From an uncultured Phycisphaerales bacterium (GTDB lineage Bacteria > Planctomycetota > Phycisphaerae > Tepidisphaerales > Tepidisphaeraceae), in assembly GCA_963755915.1 (NCBI GenBank), contig CAVWLP010000002.1, positions 3,680,001 to 3,744,000 of the forward strand: 64,000 nt of DNA, read 5' to 3'. Under the pieces are notes generated by a model. It did no database searches and was not told the DNA's origin. It saw only the letters and a program-made list of their open reading frames with translations. A program made the translations under genes and the position numbers. This document shows positions 38,623 through 49,110 of the stretch, in pieces; position 1 is the stretch's first letter, and each line of letters opens with the position of its first letter.

Positions 38623-39480
38623 TCATCTTTCGCTGCGACGGCGTCTGATCATCAGCATTGCCATCCCTGTGCCCACCGCGGCCAGCGAAACCGGCTCCGG
38701 CACATTGGTGATTGCCAGGTCGTCAAACTGCACGTCGCTCCCCTCACCGCCGTTGTTGTTGTAAATCGCCACCTGCGAAATTCCCCCCGTAAGCATCGAG
38801 ATCGTCCCGGTATACGCCTGCGATCCGCCGGCAACACTTCCGCCCGACGCAGTGAAGCTGTACGCGGCCGTCGCCGGTCCCACGCTATTCAGCGTAAAGC
38901 TGAAGGTGTCGATGGCGTGATAGTTATACCCCACGCCCGACACCGTCCCGGTTTGCGTTGCATCGCTCAGCAGATATCCCGGTCCGCCGCCTTGCACGTG
39001 GAAATCGAACAGTGCATTCCCGCTCGAATCCTCCAGGCTGAAACCGAGGTTGCTTGGACCGCCGTTGCTCGGATTGCTCCCGTTATTAAGCTGCTCGACA
39101 AACGAGAAATCCTGATTCGCGGCCAGCGCGCCGGTGAAAGGCCGTATCGCCGTAGTCGCATCTGTGACCGAGCCTGGGGTTGGCGAGTTCTGGGTTCCGT
39201 TGCAGTAAATGTCGAATCCCTGACCCGCGCCCGGAGTTGTCAAATCCACGTTATTCCACATGAAACTTCCGTACTCGTTCGCGTTGGACGTTGACTCCAG
39301 GACGTTCCAGGCTCCGAATCCAGTGCCGCCGTTCAGGCCATTAAAATTGTTGTAGCCTGTGTAAGGGGGATTATTCGATACCATGTCCGATGCGACCAGC
39401 GACGCACGCGCGACAGTGCCGACACCGCCCAAAACTGCCGCACCCAGACCGACCCACAATAATTTCCCGTTGTTCCGCAT
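38623..39480 (-). CDS. PEP-CTERM protein, paralog of the N-terminal domain of 36402-38313
   Basis: Signal peptide, shared NGGTGFG.W and LEDSSGN.LFDFH, VPEP-TM-RRRR. Confidence 0.9.
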   Translation of the reverse strand: MRNNGKLLWVGLGAAVLGGVGTVARASLVASDMVSNNPPYTGYNNFNGLNGGTGFGAWNVLESTSNANEYGSFMWNNVDLTTPGAGQGFDIYCNGTQNSPTPGSVTDATTAIRPFTGALAANQDFSFVEQLNNGSNPSNGGPSNLGFSLEDSSGNALFDFHVQGGGPGYLLSDATQTGTVSGVGYNYHAIDTFSFTLNSVGPATAAYSFTASGGSVAGGSQAYTGTISMLTGGISQVAIYNNNGGEGSDVQFDDLAITNVPEPVSLAAVGTGMAMLMIRRRRSER

Positions 39481-39846
39481 TTTTTCCTCCAGCGCTTTAC
39501 GCGCAAGCCAGGTTTCTCACCCAAATTTCTCACTCGCCGATATGAACTAACGCGGAATGCGAAGTTACCTCACAACCGCGAACCGACAAGCAGCATTTCA
39601 CGTCAATCTCCCTCCGATTTGCGACAGAATGAATTGGGCACGAAACCCCCCGTCGCGTCCCGATATTCCGCATGATCCTGCGGAATTCCCCGCCAGACGG
39701 ATTAACCCCTAAAACCGGCCGTTTCTGCTCATTTCGATTTGCCGCGAAACGGAGAACGATTGGCGTCAATTGAAATAGCAGGCACCTTTTCAGCGGGTTA
39801 GCATTCCCCTCGTCAGGACACCTCAGGCACAGGAAGCGAGCAGGAC

Positions 39847-40686
39847 ATGACGACGACCGCGAAGCAAAGTTCCCGGCTCAAATCCGGCTTTACCCTCGTC
39901 GAATTGCTCGTCGTCATCGGCATCATTGCCATCCTGATCGGCATCCTCCTGCCGGCGCTTCAAAAGGCCCGTCAGCAGGGCCAACTCGTCGCCTGCCAGT
40001 CAAACATCCGTGAAATCCTTCAGGCCATGCAGAATTATTTGAGCGATAACAACTCCACGTTTCCGAATGGACGGAATTTCTCGTGGGAAATGGAGAAAGA
40101 ATCAAACGGATCGCCCATGTATCCAAACCTGGATCCATTGACATACACGTCGGGAGGCGCACTTCCAACCAACGATTACATCCAGGATTTTCTATCGCCC
40201 TACCTGCACTACACCGAAGACGGCAATAACCCAAGCACGCTTCCCAGCACCGAGAGCTATGCGGGCCCTGTGAATCTCGTGTGGCATTGTCCGGCGCTGC
40301 CGCCCGGTCAATTTGCCCAGCCATGGATGGACACCCCGACGGCAACGGCGTATCGCTATAATCTGGCTTATGCTTGTGGCTACAAGGCACGCCGTGTCAC
40401 ATCCTCCACAATTGCGATGCTATTTTACGATGAGGTGTGGGTCGATAAAAACTGGCCTCCAGGATCGTATCCCCATTTTCCCCGCAGCGCTAACTCGGCC
40501 ACCGTCAACGTTGGCTATGTCGATGGTCACGTCGAGCCCCACACCTATGCCCAGTTTGTGGCCGGTCTTTACCCAGTGACAGTAACGATAAAACTTCCCA
40601 GCGGCGTGAACTATGCCTATGCGACAGACACCGCGCCACAAGAACAATACGCGACCTTTTACAAACAAGGCTACGGCAACCCATAA
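39847..40686 (+). CDS. Prepilin-type N-terminal cleavage/methylation protein (H-X9-DG-like)
   Basis: [16 protein letters not shown]...NVGYVDGHVE. Confidence 0.9.
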   Translation: MTTTAKQSSRLKSGFTLVELLVVIGIIAILIGILLPALQKARQQGQLVACQSNIREILQAMQNYLSDNNSTFPNGRNFSWEMEKESNGSPMYPNLDPLTYTSGGALPTNDYIQDFLSPYLHYTEDGNNPSTLPSTESYAGPVNLVWHCPALPPGQFAQPWMDTPTATAYRYNLAYACGYKARRVTSSTIAMLFYDEVWVDKNWPPGSYPHFPRSANSATVNVGYVDGHVEPHTYAQFVAGLYPVTVTIKLPSGVNYAYATDTAPQEQYATFYKQGYGNP

Positions 40687-40705
40687 CCTCACCTGAAAAA
40701 CCTCT

Positions 40706-43603
40706 ATGAAGCGCAAATTAGTTCGGAGGCGGCGAGCGCTGATCGAGCAATTGGAAGTCCGCCAATTGCTTTCCGGAATCATTGCCGACTCAAATTTCGC
40801 CACCCCCTCAATCTCTCACAACAGCTATTCCTACGACCCCACCGGCTCCGTCTGGACATTCGTCTCCACCGCCGGAGTCGTTTATCCTCCAAGCTCGCTC
40901 GGCGCTCCCTCCGCCCCCGCCGGCAGCGGCTCAAACCAAATCGCCTTTCTCCAAACCAATCGCAGCGCCAGCCAATATAACGGCTCCCAGGACGGCACCA
41001 TCTCCCAATCGATCACCCTCCCCTCCACCGGCTATTTCACCTTCAGCGTCTACGCCGCAGCGGATTCCAGCGATGTCGGCGGATCCGTCGCCGCCGAAGA
41101 ATCCTTCATGGTCGAGATCGACGGCACCCCCGTCCTCACCGGCCTGCATCCAACCAGCAGCTCCTTCGCCAGCGTCGGCGGAACCTTCTACGCCACCGCC
41201 GGAACCCACACGTTTTCCCTCGTCTCCACCGGTCCCAACGACCCAACAACGACCTTCATCGACGACCCCCAATTGGTCGCCGCCACCGTCGGCGCCGCGA
41301 CTCAGCTCGTTTTCTCAACGGTCTCTGAATCCCTGGCAACCGGCGTGAAATCCAGCCTCATGACCCTGACCTTAGAAAGCGCCGCCGGCCTCCCGGTAAC
41401 CGCAGGCGCCGGCGGCGTGACCGTCAATCTCAGTTCCACCTCAAGCTCGGGAATCTTCTTCAACAGCGGCAATGCCGTCGCATCTACTGTGACGATTGCC
41501 GCCGGCGCCAGCACCGCCAGCTTCTACTACCAAGACACCACCGCCGGCTCCCCCACGCTCACCGCCTCCTCTCCCAGCTTAACCAGCGCTACCCAGCAGG
41601 AGTCCGTCCAGGCAGTAATCTCCAGCTCATTCCTCCACACCTCCGGCACAAACATCGTCAACGCCGCCGGCCAAACCATCGAACTTCGCGGCGTCAATCT
41701 CGGAAGCTGGCTCATCATGGAAGGCTGGATGTCCCCTCTCGACAGCTCCGGACTCCCGGACGAATACGGCGTCATCCAAACCCTCGACAACCGCTTCGGC
41801 GTCGCCACCGAACAAAGCCTCCTCACCACCTACCAGCAAAACTGGATCACCACTCAGGACCTGGAAAACATCAAGAACGAAGGCTTCAACGTCATCCGCG
41901 TCCCCGTCTGGTGGGCCGACTTCGAAACCCTCCAGGGCCAGTGGCGTACCGACGCCTTCAACGAACTCGATTGGCTCGTCAACACCGCCGGCTCACTCGG
42001 AATCTACACCATCATCGACATGCACGGCGTCGTAGGCGGCGAAAGCACCTCCGACGACACTGGCCAGGAAAATCTCGACAACTACTGGACCAGCCCCTAC
42101 GACCAGCAACAGACCGACATCCTCTGGGAAAACATCGCCCAGCACTACAAGAACAACCCCTATGTCGCCGGCTACGACCTCATGAACGAGCCCGACAACG
42201 CCCCCAGCGACTCGGCCGTCATCTCCGCCTACGACCAGCTCTACAGCGCCGTCCGCTCCGTCGACACCAACCACATCGCGATTATCGAGGGAACATTCGA
42301 CCAGTGGAACTGGAGCATGCTCCCCAGTCCCTCTTCCCAAGGCTGGACCGACGTCGTTTACGAGATGCACGAATACCAATGGAACGACACGACCAATCCA
42401 TCAGGCGTAGAAGCCGGCACCAACAACCAGGTCAGCGATTTCCAGAACCACTCCTACTACGACGTTCCCGACTACATCGGCGAATTCAACGATTTCGGCA
42501 CCGGCTCCAGCACCTGGCAATACACCTTCCAGCAGTACGATAACAACAACATTAGTTGGAGCTTCTGGTCCTACAAAGCCACCGATGGCACCGCCTCCAG
42601 CATGGATAGCTGGGGCCTGTACGATCCCATCAACAGTCTCCCCGCCCCCAATATTCAAACCGCCACGTTGTCCACGATTTCACAGGATTGGACGGGTGTC
42701 ACGACGACCGGCTATTTCGCCATCAACACGCTGATACAGCCGGCCCTTCAGGCGGCGGGCGTTGTCGGCAATATCGTCGCCTGGACCGACAAAGACGGCA
42801 ACGACAACTGGTCCGATCCAAATAACTGGAGCACCGGCGCCATTCCCAATTCCTCCAGCGATGTGATCATCTACTCCGGCGAGGTCGTCGCCTCCAGCGC
42901 AATCAACGTCGCGACCCTCACGATCTACGGTGGCGAGTTGCAGTTCGCCACAAACAGTGGATATTCCGCCGTCACCTCCCTGAACATCATGCCCAGCGGC
43001 GTCTTGGATCTCACCAACAACCGCCTCTATATCGACTTCGGCACGGGCAACACCGACCCGGTCTCCATGATCTATACCTGGCTTCAAAGCGGCTACAACG
43101 GCGGAGCCTGGAACGGCCCGGGAATCGATTCCTCCAGCGCCGCCGCCAACAACCTTTACGCCTTGGGATACGCCGACGGCTACGACATCCTCACCCCGGG
43201 CCTCAGCTTCGGCCAAATCGAAATCGCTTACACCCTCTATGGCGACGCGAACCTCGACGGCACCGTCAACGGCACCGATTTCTCGATTTTGGCCGCCCAC
43301 TTCGGCCTGGGCGCAACCGCCTGGGACGCGGGAGACTTCACCTACGGCGGCGTCGTCAACGGCACCGATTTCAGCCTCCTCGCCGAAAACTTCGGCCAGG
43401 GCGCCACCGGCGCCGCAAGCGGGTCAGAGCCCAGCATCGCCTTCGCCGCCGCCGCCCTCACCACCGACGATCCCACCACGCTTCCCGCGTTGACCCCTTC
43501 GAAAAAGACAACGCAGGGAGTGATGGCTCGCTTGGTGAGCGCGCCGCCGGTCAAAGCGAAGCAAACCAAGCCTTCCACTAGCTCCACCCATCACGGATTC
43601 TGA
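40706..43603 (+). CDS. Secreted GH5 glycoside hydrolase with LEPR-XLL-type N-terminal signature and dockerin-like C-terminus
   Basis: IEQLEVRQLLS; RGVNLGSWLIMEGWM, YDLMNEP, YIGEF; GDANLDG. Confidence 0.88.
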   Translation: MKRKLVRRRRALIEQLEVRQLLSGIIADSNFATPSISHNSYSYDPTGSVWTFVSTAGVVYPPSSLGAPSAPAGSGSNQIAFLQTNRSASQYNGSQDGTISQSITLPSTGYFTFSVYAAADSSDVGGSVAAEESFMVEIDGTPVLTGLHPTSSSFASVGGTFYATAGTHTFSLVSTGPNDPTTTFIDDPQLVAATVGAATQLVFSTVSESLATGVKSSLMTLTLESAAGLPVTAGAGGVTVNLSSTSSSGIFFNSGNAVASTVTIAAGASTASFYYQDTTAGSPTLTASSPSLTSATQQESVQAVISSSFLHTSGTNIVNAAGQTIELRGVNLGSWLIMEGWMSPLDSSGLPDEYGVIQTLDNRFGVATEQSLLTTYQQNWITTQDLENIKNEGFNVIRVPVWWADFETLQGQWRTDAFNELDWLVNTAGSLGIYTIIDMHGVVGGESTSDDTGQENLDNYWTSPYDQQQTDILWENIAQHYKNNPYVAGYDLMNEPDNAPSDSAVISAYDQLYSAVRSVDTNHIAIIEGTFDQWNWSMLPSPSSQGWTDVVYEMHEYQWNDTTNPSGVEAGTNNQVSDFQNHSYYDVPDYIGEFNDFGTGSSTWQYTFQQYDNNNISWSFWSYKATDGTASSMDSWGLYDPINSLPAPNIQTATLSTISQDWTGVTTTGYFAINTLIQPALQAAGVVGNIVAWTDKDGNDNWSDPNNWSTGAIPNSSSDVIIYSGEVVASSAINVATLTIYGGELQFATNSGYSAVTSLNIMPSGVLDLTNNRLYIDFGTGNTDPVSMIYTWLQSGYNGGAWNGPGIDSSSAAANNLYALGYADGYDILTPGLSFGQIEIAYTLYGDANLDGTVNGTDFSILAAHFGLGATAWDAGDFTYGGVVNGTDFSLLAENFGQGATGAASGSEPSIAFAAAALTTDDPTTLPALTPSKKTTQGVMARLVSAPPVKAKQTKPSTSSTHHGF

Positions 43604-43756
43604 CCAACTCAGAACCAACGGTATCCCAACTCCTCTCCCCGTGTAGCCGCCCCACTTTGACTTCGGTGAGCTGTGTCGAACCGTGGGCGCGTCCCGATCG
43701 CTTCCCTCAAACCCGCAAACCCTCCTTTGGAACGCTCTATGCATACAATCATCACC

Positions 43757-44502
43757 ATGCCCACCCGATTCCCCGGCTTCCCGCGACAAATGCCCACTTT
43801 TTTTGCGCTCTCGAGAAGAATAATCAGCGTGAATGGTTCATCCCCCGGAAAGAAATCTTCGAGAACCACGTCCGCACGCCCATGATTGACCTGGTCACGT
43901 TCCTCAATGAGAAGTTGCGTAAAGGCTTCGGAATTGACCATGCATCCGAACGTCCCGAGCGCCTCATCTATCGCATTTATCGCGATACGCGATTTTCCAG
44001 CGACAAGACCCCATACAAGACCCACATCGCCGCCACTTTCGCCCACCGCCGCCTCCCGCGCCACAGCGGCGCTGGATATTACTTCGAGATTTCCCATCGC
44101 TATGTCGGAATCGCCGGCGGCGTTTACATGCCGGGACCGGAAGAACTGACCGCCATCCGCGACGCAATTGCCGCCGACCCAAACCGATTCCTCGCGATCG
44201 CGAAAAATCCAAAATTGAAAAAACTTTTCGGCCCCCTTCAGGGCGATCGTCTCACCCGCCTCCCCAAAGCTTGGCACTCCCATGCCAACTCCGCGGCCGC
44301 CGAATACCTCAAATTCAAGCAGTACTACTGGTGGGCAGAGCTGCCGCCATCGCTAGCTCTGTCCCCGCAACTTCCCCGCACGCTCCTGCACCATTTCCAG
44401 GCCATGTCGGATGGGATCGACTGGTTCAACAGCACCATTCTGACCGATCGACATCGCCAGGAAGAAGAATCCCGTCCGCTCCGCCCAGCACCGATGTGGT
44501 GA
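43757..44502 (+). CDS. DUF2461 (TIGR02453-like) protein; apparent frameshift in the poly-T near 43800
   Basis: LEKNNQREWF, IYRIYRDTRFSSDKTPYKT. Confidence 0.85.
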
Positions 44503-44717
44503 TCGCCGACAACGCCACCTATCCCCGTTTAGCGGCCCCACTTGTGGGGCGCGTCTTTCGATCTCCACAAATCCTGGTTTCCCACTTTGCGCCCCCAACC
44601 ATTCACAAATCACCCCCCAGCCGCCGCGCCAGCTTTCCCCTAAGCCCCCTTTGCAGATTCTTTCGAACTTCAACAATCTCAACCGAAAAATCCCCGGATT
44701 TCCCAAAAATACGTCCT

Positions 44718-44747
44718 AAACGTACACCTTTTGGACCTGTATATAGA
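44718..44747 (+). repeat. Intergenic repeat, copy 2 (copy 1 at 9884-9913)
   Basis: AAACGTACACCTTTTGGACCTgTATATAGA. Confidence 0.8.
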
Positions 44748-44800
44748 GTCGTGATGTTTTTCGGTCCTCTACTCCTCGGAGCATACATGTCCACCCTTCC

Positions 44801-44844
44801 CAAATCTGAGATCTCAAATTTCAAATCTGAAATCCCGATCTCAA
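44801..44844 (+). repeat. Heptamer tandem repeat
   Basis: CAAATCT GAGATCT CAAATTT CAAATCT GAAATCC. Confidence 0.7.
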
Positions 44845-45405
44845 ACCCACCCCCTCGCTCCGTTTTCCCTCGAAAGTGAGATATTTTGGGATAATGTGGG
44901 AGCAACCCGCTCCTTTGCAGACTGTAAAGTTTTGTAACCCATGCCCCGAATACAAACATTTTCGCGGAGGCACGGTATAGTTCCCGCCGCAATCAATTGC
45001 GCAACCGGGCGCGAACCAAATGCGGAAACGACGGCTCGATAAATCAGCCCCCCAACCCCGCACCATACTACCCGGCCGTGAGCGCCGACCAATCCTGGGT
45101 AAGACCACAACCGACCGGCGGCGAGAGTGAGACAGTTTGAGACGATTTGGGACGATTTGTAGGGGTTTGACTAGTGAATGCTAATCCGTAGGGTGGGTGT
45201 ACTCGCCCACCATCTCGGTGCATGTTGAAGGCGAACTGCCGCTGGGCGATTGCAAAATCGATGGGCAAGCAATTCGGGCTGAACTGATCCGCGATATGTA
45301 TGACCTTGAGATTGAGCCAGAGTTCGCGGGGAATCAAATACAAAATAAGTCACCAAGCGTAGAAAGTTTGGACAAAGGCCGTCCCGTATTGTGTAATCGG
45401 GTGAA

Positions 45406-46365
45406 ATGGTCCCACGACGCAACGAACAGTTTTTCGATCAAAGACGAGTCGATGAATTGATTAAATTTGGGCTCACGAGCATTTCCATTGAAAAGCTTCG
45501 GTACCGCGTAATTCCCAGGCTCGGATTAGTTTACGACTCCTATGCGGCTGACGTAGCCAGGGTGATAGACCTCGCGAAGTTTTCTACCTACCTGACGCTT
45601 CAAAGTTGCACGTTCGCTGGCGAACTTACAAAGGTTATTTACGAAGAGACTGGATGCTTCGCCCCCCCGCGCTCCGTCCGGAAAAAGTACAATGACAATA
45701 TTCGCCTTAGCATGATGAAGCTTGAAGATGAGCGACCGCCGCGTTCGGACGCGAAACTCTTCAAGGACGTTTGTAATCTTACTAGGATGGTGATTGAGCG
45801 GGCCGACGTGAAACTATTGGATGGATACGACGCGATCATGCCCTCGTTAATCGTATTGGCATGGACGGCTTTTGAGGCTTTGAGCGAAGATCTATTAAGC
45901 AAGGCGGTAAAATTCTTTCCGAGGTCTCTTTCCCAATCGAATTGGTGCAAAACTCGCAGAAAACTCGCCCCGTGGGAGCAGATGACGATATCGGGTTCTA
46001 TTAGAACCCACAGCGATGTGCCTAAGAATCCGGGGTTACATCATTTGAGTTACAGAACCATTGAAGCGATTCGGAAATCCTACTGGTTGGTCTTCCGTTC
46101 CGATTGCGCCAAGATACGGCGAGCACTTTCACACCGTTCTCTAGACAATCTCCATGCGGCGCGGAACGTGATCGTCCATAAGAGTGGGAAAGTGGACCAA
46201 ATTTTTCTAAATCGGACCGCAGGCGTTCCGATGTTCGCAAAGGCGATTGCGGGAAATTACTTTCACATGGATTTTGCCATGGTAAATACACTGGTGCTTC
46301 CTGTTCTGAATCGCGGAATTCAGTTAATAGCGGTGGTGAACGATTGGGTTCGGGCGCACGGATGA
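45406..46365 (+). CDS. Hypothetical protein with HEPN-like RxxxxH motif
   Basis: IVLAWTAFEAL helix and ARNVIVH near the C-terminus; visibly lower GC than flanking genes. Confidence 0.55.
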   Translation: MVPRRNEQFFDQRRVDELIKFGLTSISIEKLRYRVIPRLGLVYDSYAADVARVIDLAKFSTYLTLQSCTFAGELTKVIYEETGCFAPPRSVRKKYNDNIRLSMMKLEDERPPRSDAKLFKDVCNLTRMVIERADVKLLDGYDAIMPSLIVLAWTAFEALSEDLLSKAVKFFPRSLSQSNWCKTRRKLAPWEQMTISGSIRTHSDVPKNPGLHHLSYRTIEAIRKSYWLVFRSDCAKIRRALSHRSLDNLHAARNVIVHKSGKVDQIFLNRTAGVPMFAKAIAGNYFHMDFAMVNTLVLPVLNRGIQLIAVVNDWVRAHG

Positions 46366-46627
46366 AAAAGCGGCATTAAGGCCTCACGCGATTGAATTAG
46401 CCAGTAAGGGTGGGCGTACCCGTTCACGCTCTCAGGGCACTTTGCGGGCGAACTGCGGTTCGACGAGGCTGCAGAGTAAGTGGTCGAGCAACCAGACGGC
46501 GACAGGTATGCCCAACCTAAACAATTTTTTTTCGCGATCGCACTTAGATATACTTGCTAGGCATGGGCACCGAGGGTAGCCGAAGGGTCTGGCTCGAGCT
46601 CGTGGTCAGAGGCGCGGAGGTCACGCC

Positions 46628-47406
46628 GTGCCGCGGCTCGCCATCGGCGAACTATTTAAGCTGGTCGAGGACTCGTCCTCAGAATATTTCGGATCGTTTA
46701 ACTACTTGCTGCAAATAGGGGCGTTGCAACGGCTCTCTCCACCCGAAGTTGATCAGCTTGGCCGAGGGGCTTCCGTTCCCGGCAACCTTTGCGCAATAGT
46801 GGACGGCCATAGTTGGAATTTTTTCAGAGTGGCCCGACCCGAGGACCTTTATGCATGCCTGGCAGCACAGCTCAATTCCTCCTCACAGCCCTTGCCGCAC
46901 GGATACGAGACAGATGCGATGTACGCCGCTAAGATCGTTGGCCTAAATCCAGCACAATTGGCAGAGGCCAAGCAATACGATGTCCCGGACACTGAAATGC
47001 AGGCAATGCGGAGGTTGCCCATACCCCTCCACTTTATACCTTCAATGTATTTCAAGGCGGAAAAGGCGGGGGACGCCTTACGTCTCCGGATGATCGCTGG
47101 ATACCTTACCCGCTGGCATGAGGAACAGAAGAGCCAACTATCAGCACTAAGCGGCGCGCTCGATTTCGTGGAGAGTTGTTGCGACCCTGCCGACGGGTGC
47201 AAAGCTGGAGGCAAACAGACAGCCAATACCTGAAGATGTCCGACACGAGGTCTGGCGCCGTGATCAAGCACGCTGCGTTCGATGCGGCTCACAAAACCGT
47301 CTGGAATTCGACCATATTATTCCTTGGTCGAAGGGCGGTGCAAATACGGCGCAATATCCAACTACTTTGCGAAACATGTAACAGGGCTAAGAGCGACACC
47401 ATATAA
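46628..47406 (+). CDS. Protein with C-terminal HNH endonuclease domain; frameshifts near 47170 and 47350
   Basis: Shifted frames give RQPIPEDVRHEVWRRDQARCVRCGSQNRLEFDHIIPWSKGGANT and RNIQLLCETCNRAKSDTI. Confidence 0.75.
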
Positions 47407-47776
47407 CGCGACACGGGAGCATTAGGCATAATGTCAGAGACGACAGGGCGAACTACCTTTTTGAGCCTCCGCCTTTCGGCGCACAGATCGGTCGGGCAAC
47501 GACTGAGTAACCAACGAAGCCAAGTCGGCTGATTCGCGGTAAGCTGCCAACTCTGCCATCGCGACTCTACCGCGAAGTCGGAATCATGTCGCTCGTGCTG
47601 ATAAATCTACGTATGATTTCCAAAATGCGAAATTCACCGCAAAATTGCTTGCCCAAACTACCTATATTTCCCAGTTTGTTGCGGACTGTTACCTTTTGTA
47701 CCGCATGTACCCCATACAAAAATATTTAGCCGGGGAACGGTATATTTCCGTCCGTTCTAGTGGACGGCTAATAGAG

Positions 47777-48938
47777 ATGCGGAAACGACGCCTCGATAAA
47801 TCAGCAACCCAACCCCGCCGCATCGGCCTCGCGCTCGATGCCGTCGCTGCCTATGGCCGCGGAATTATTCGCGGCGTCATGACCTACACCCACACCCGCT
47901 CCCGCTGGACCGTCAGCGCCGAACCCCAGTGGTCCTTCAGCGAGCCGATCGACATCGAACGCTGGGACGTTGACGGCCTCATCGTCCAAACCTTCAGCCG
48001 CGAATTCGAAAAACGCGTCCTCAAGCTCGGCCTGCCAGCCACCAACGTCTCCAACTTCTGCGAGGGCGAAATGAACCTCCCCTCCATCCTCCCCGACGAC
48101 GGCGCCGTAGCAGTAATGGCCGCCGACTACTTGATTTCCCTCGGCTTCCGCCAACTCGGCTACTGCTGGGCCGGCGAGATGCAATACGGCCGCCTCCGCC
48201 TCGAGGCCTTCCGCCGCCGCGCCGCCGAAAGCGGCATCACCATCCACGAATGCAACGCCGCCAACAGTCCCCTCGACAAGTGGATTCTAAAACTCCCCAA
48301 GCCCATCGGCGTCCTGGGATGCAACGACGACTGGGCCCACCGAATCCTCAACGCCGCCCGCCAGCAGGGCGTAAGAGTCCCCGACGAGATGGCCGTCCTG
48401 GGCGTAGACAACGACGAACTTTTCAACGCCCTGGTAACCCCATCCCTTTCCAGTCTCGAGCTCCCCACCGAGCAAATCGGCTTCGAAGCCGCCGCACAGC
48501 TCGACCGCCTCATGAACGGCGAAAAGCTCGAGCACCTGACCCTGCTCCCCCCAGTCCGCGTAGTTCCGCGCGCCTCAACGGACGTCTTGTCGATCGAAGA
48601 CGAAGACATCGTCCTCGCCGTTCGTTTCATTCGCGAACATGCCGCCGAGCCACTCCAGGTCGACGACGTCCTCGACCACGTCCCCCTCAGCCGCCGATCG
48701 CTCGAGCGCCGGTTCCGGCAACTGGTCCGCCACTCCATCACGGATGAGATCCGCCGCGCCCACATCAATCGCGCGTAAAGAACTCCTCGCCAACACCGAT
48801 CTGGCGATGTCCCAGGTCGCCGCCGGCTCCGGTTTCACGACCGCCACCCGCCTCGGAATCGTATTCCACAAAGAGGTCGGCGAAGCCCCTTCAGAGTTCC
48901 GCAGACGGGCCCGGGTTATGGGACGTCCTAAAGTTTAA
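47777..48938 (+). CDS. XylR-type regulator (LacI-like sensor + AraC HTH); apparent frameshift near 48775
   Basis: VPDEMAVLGVDND, LSRRSLERRF, VAAGSGF...F.KEVGEAPSEFR. Confidence 0.88.
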
Positions 48939-49110
48939 ACTTCCACCATCCTGCCGCCCTGGACGCGCATATCGCCTTACAGGCAAGAAACTTGCAGTCT
49001 GTCGCAAATAAGAGAGTTATTGGCGGAATTATGAATTGCGACCTCCGCCATCCGGCACATAGGGTATCGCCTGTCAAAGGCACCTTTTTCTGGTGGTCAC
49101 TGGAGACGCT

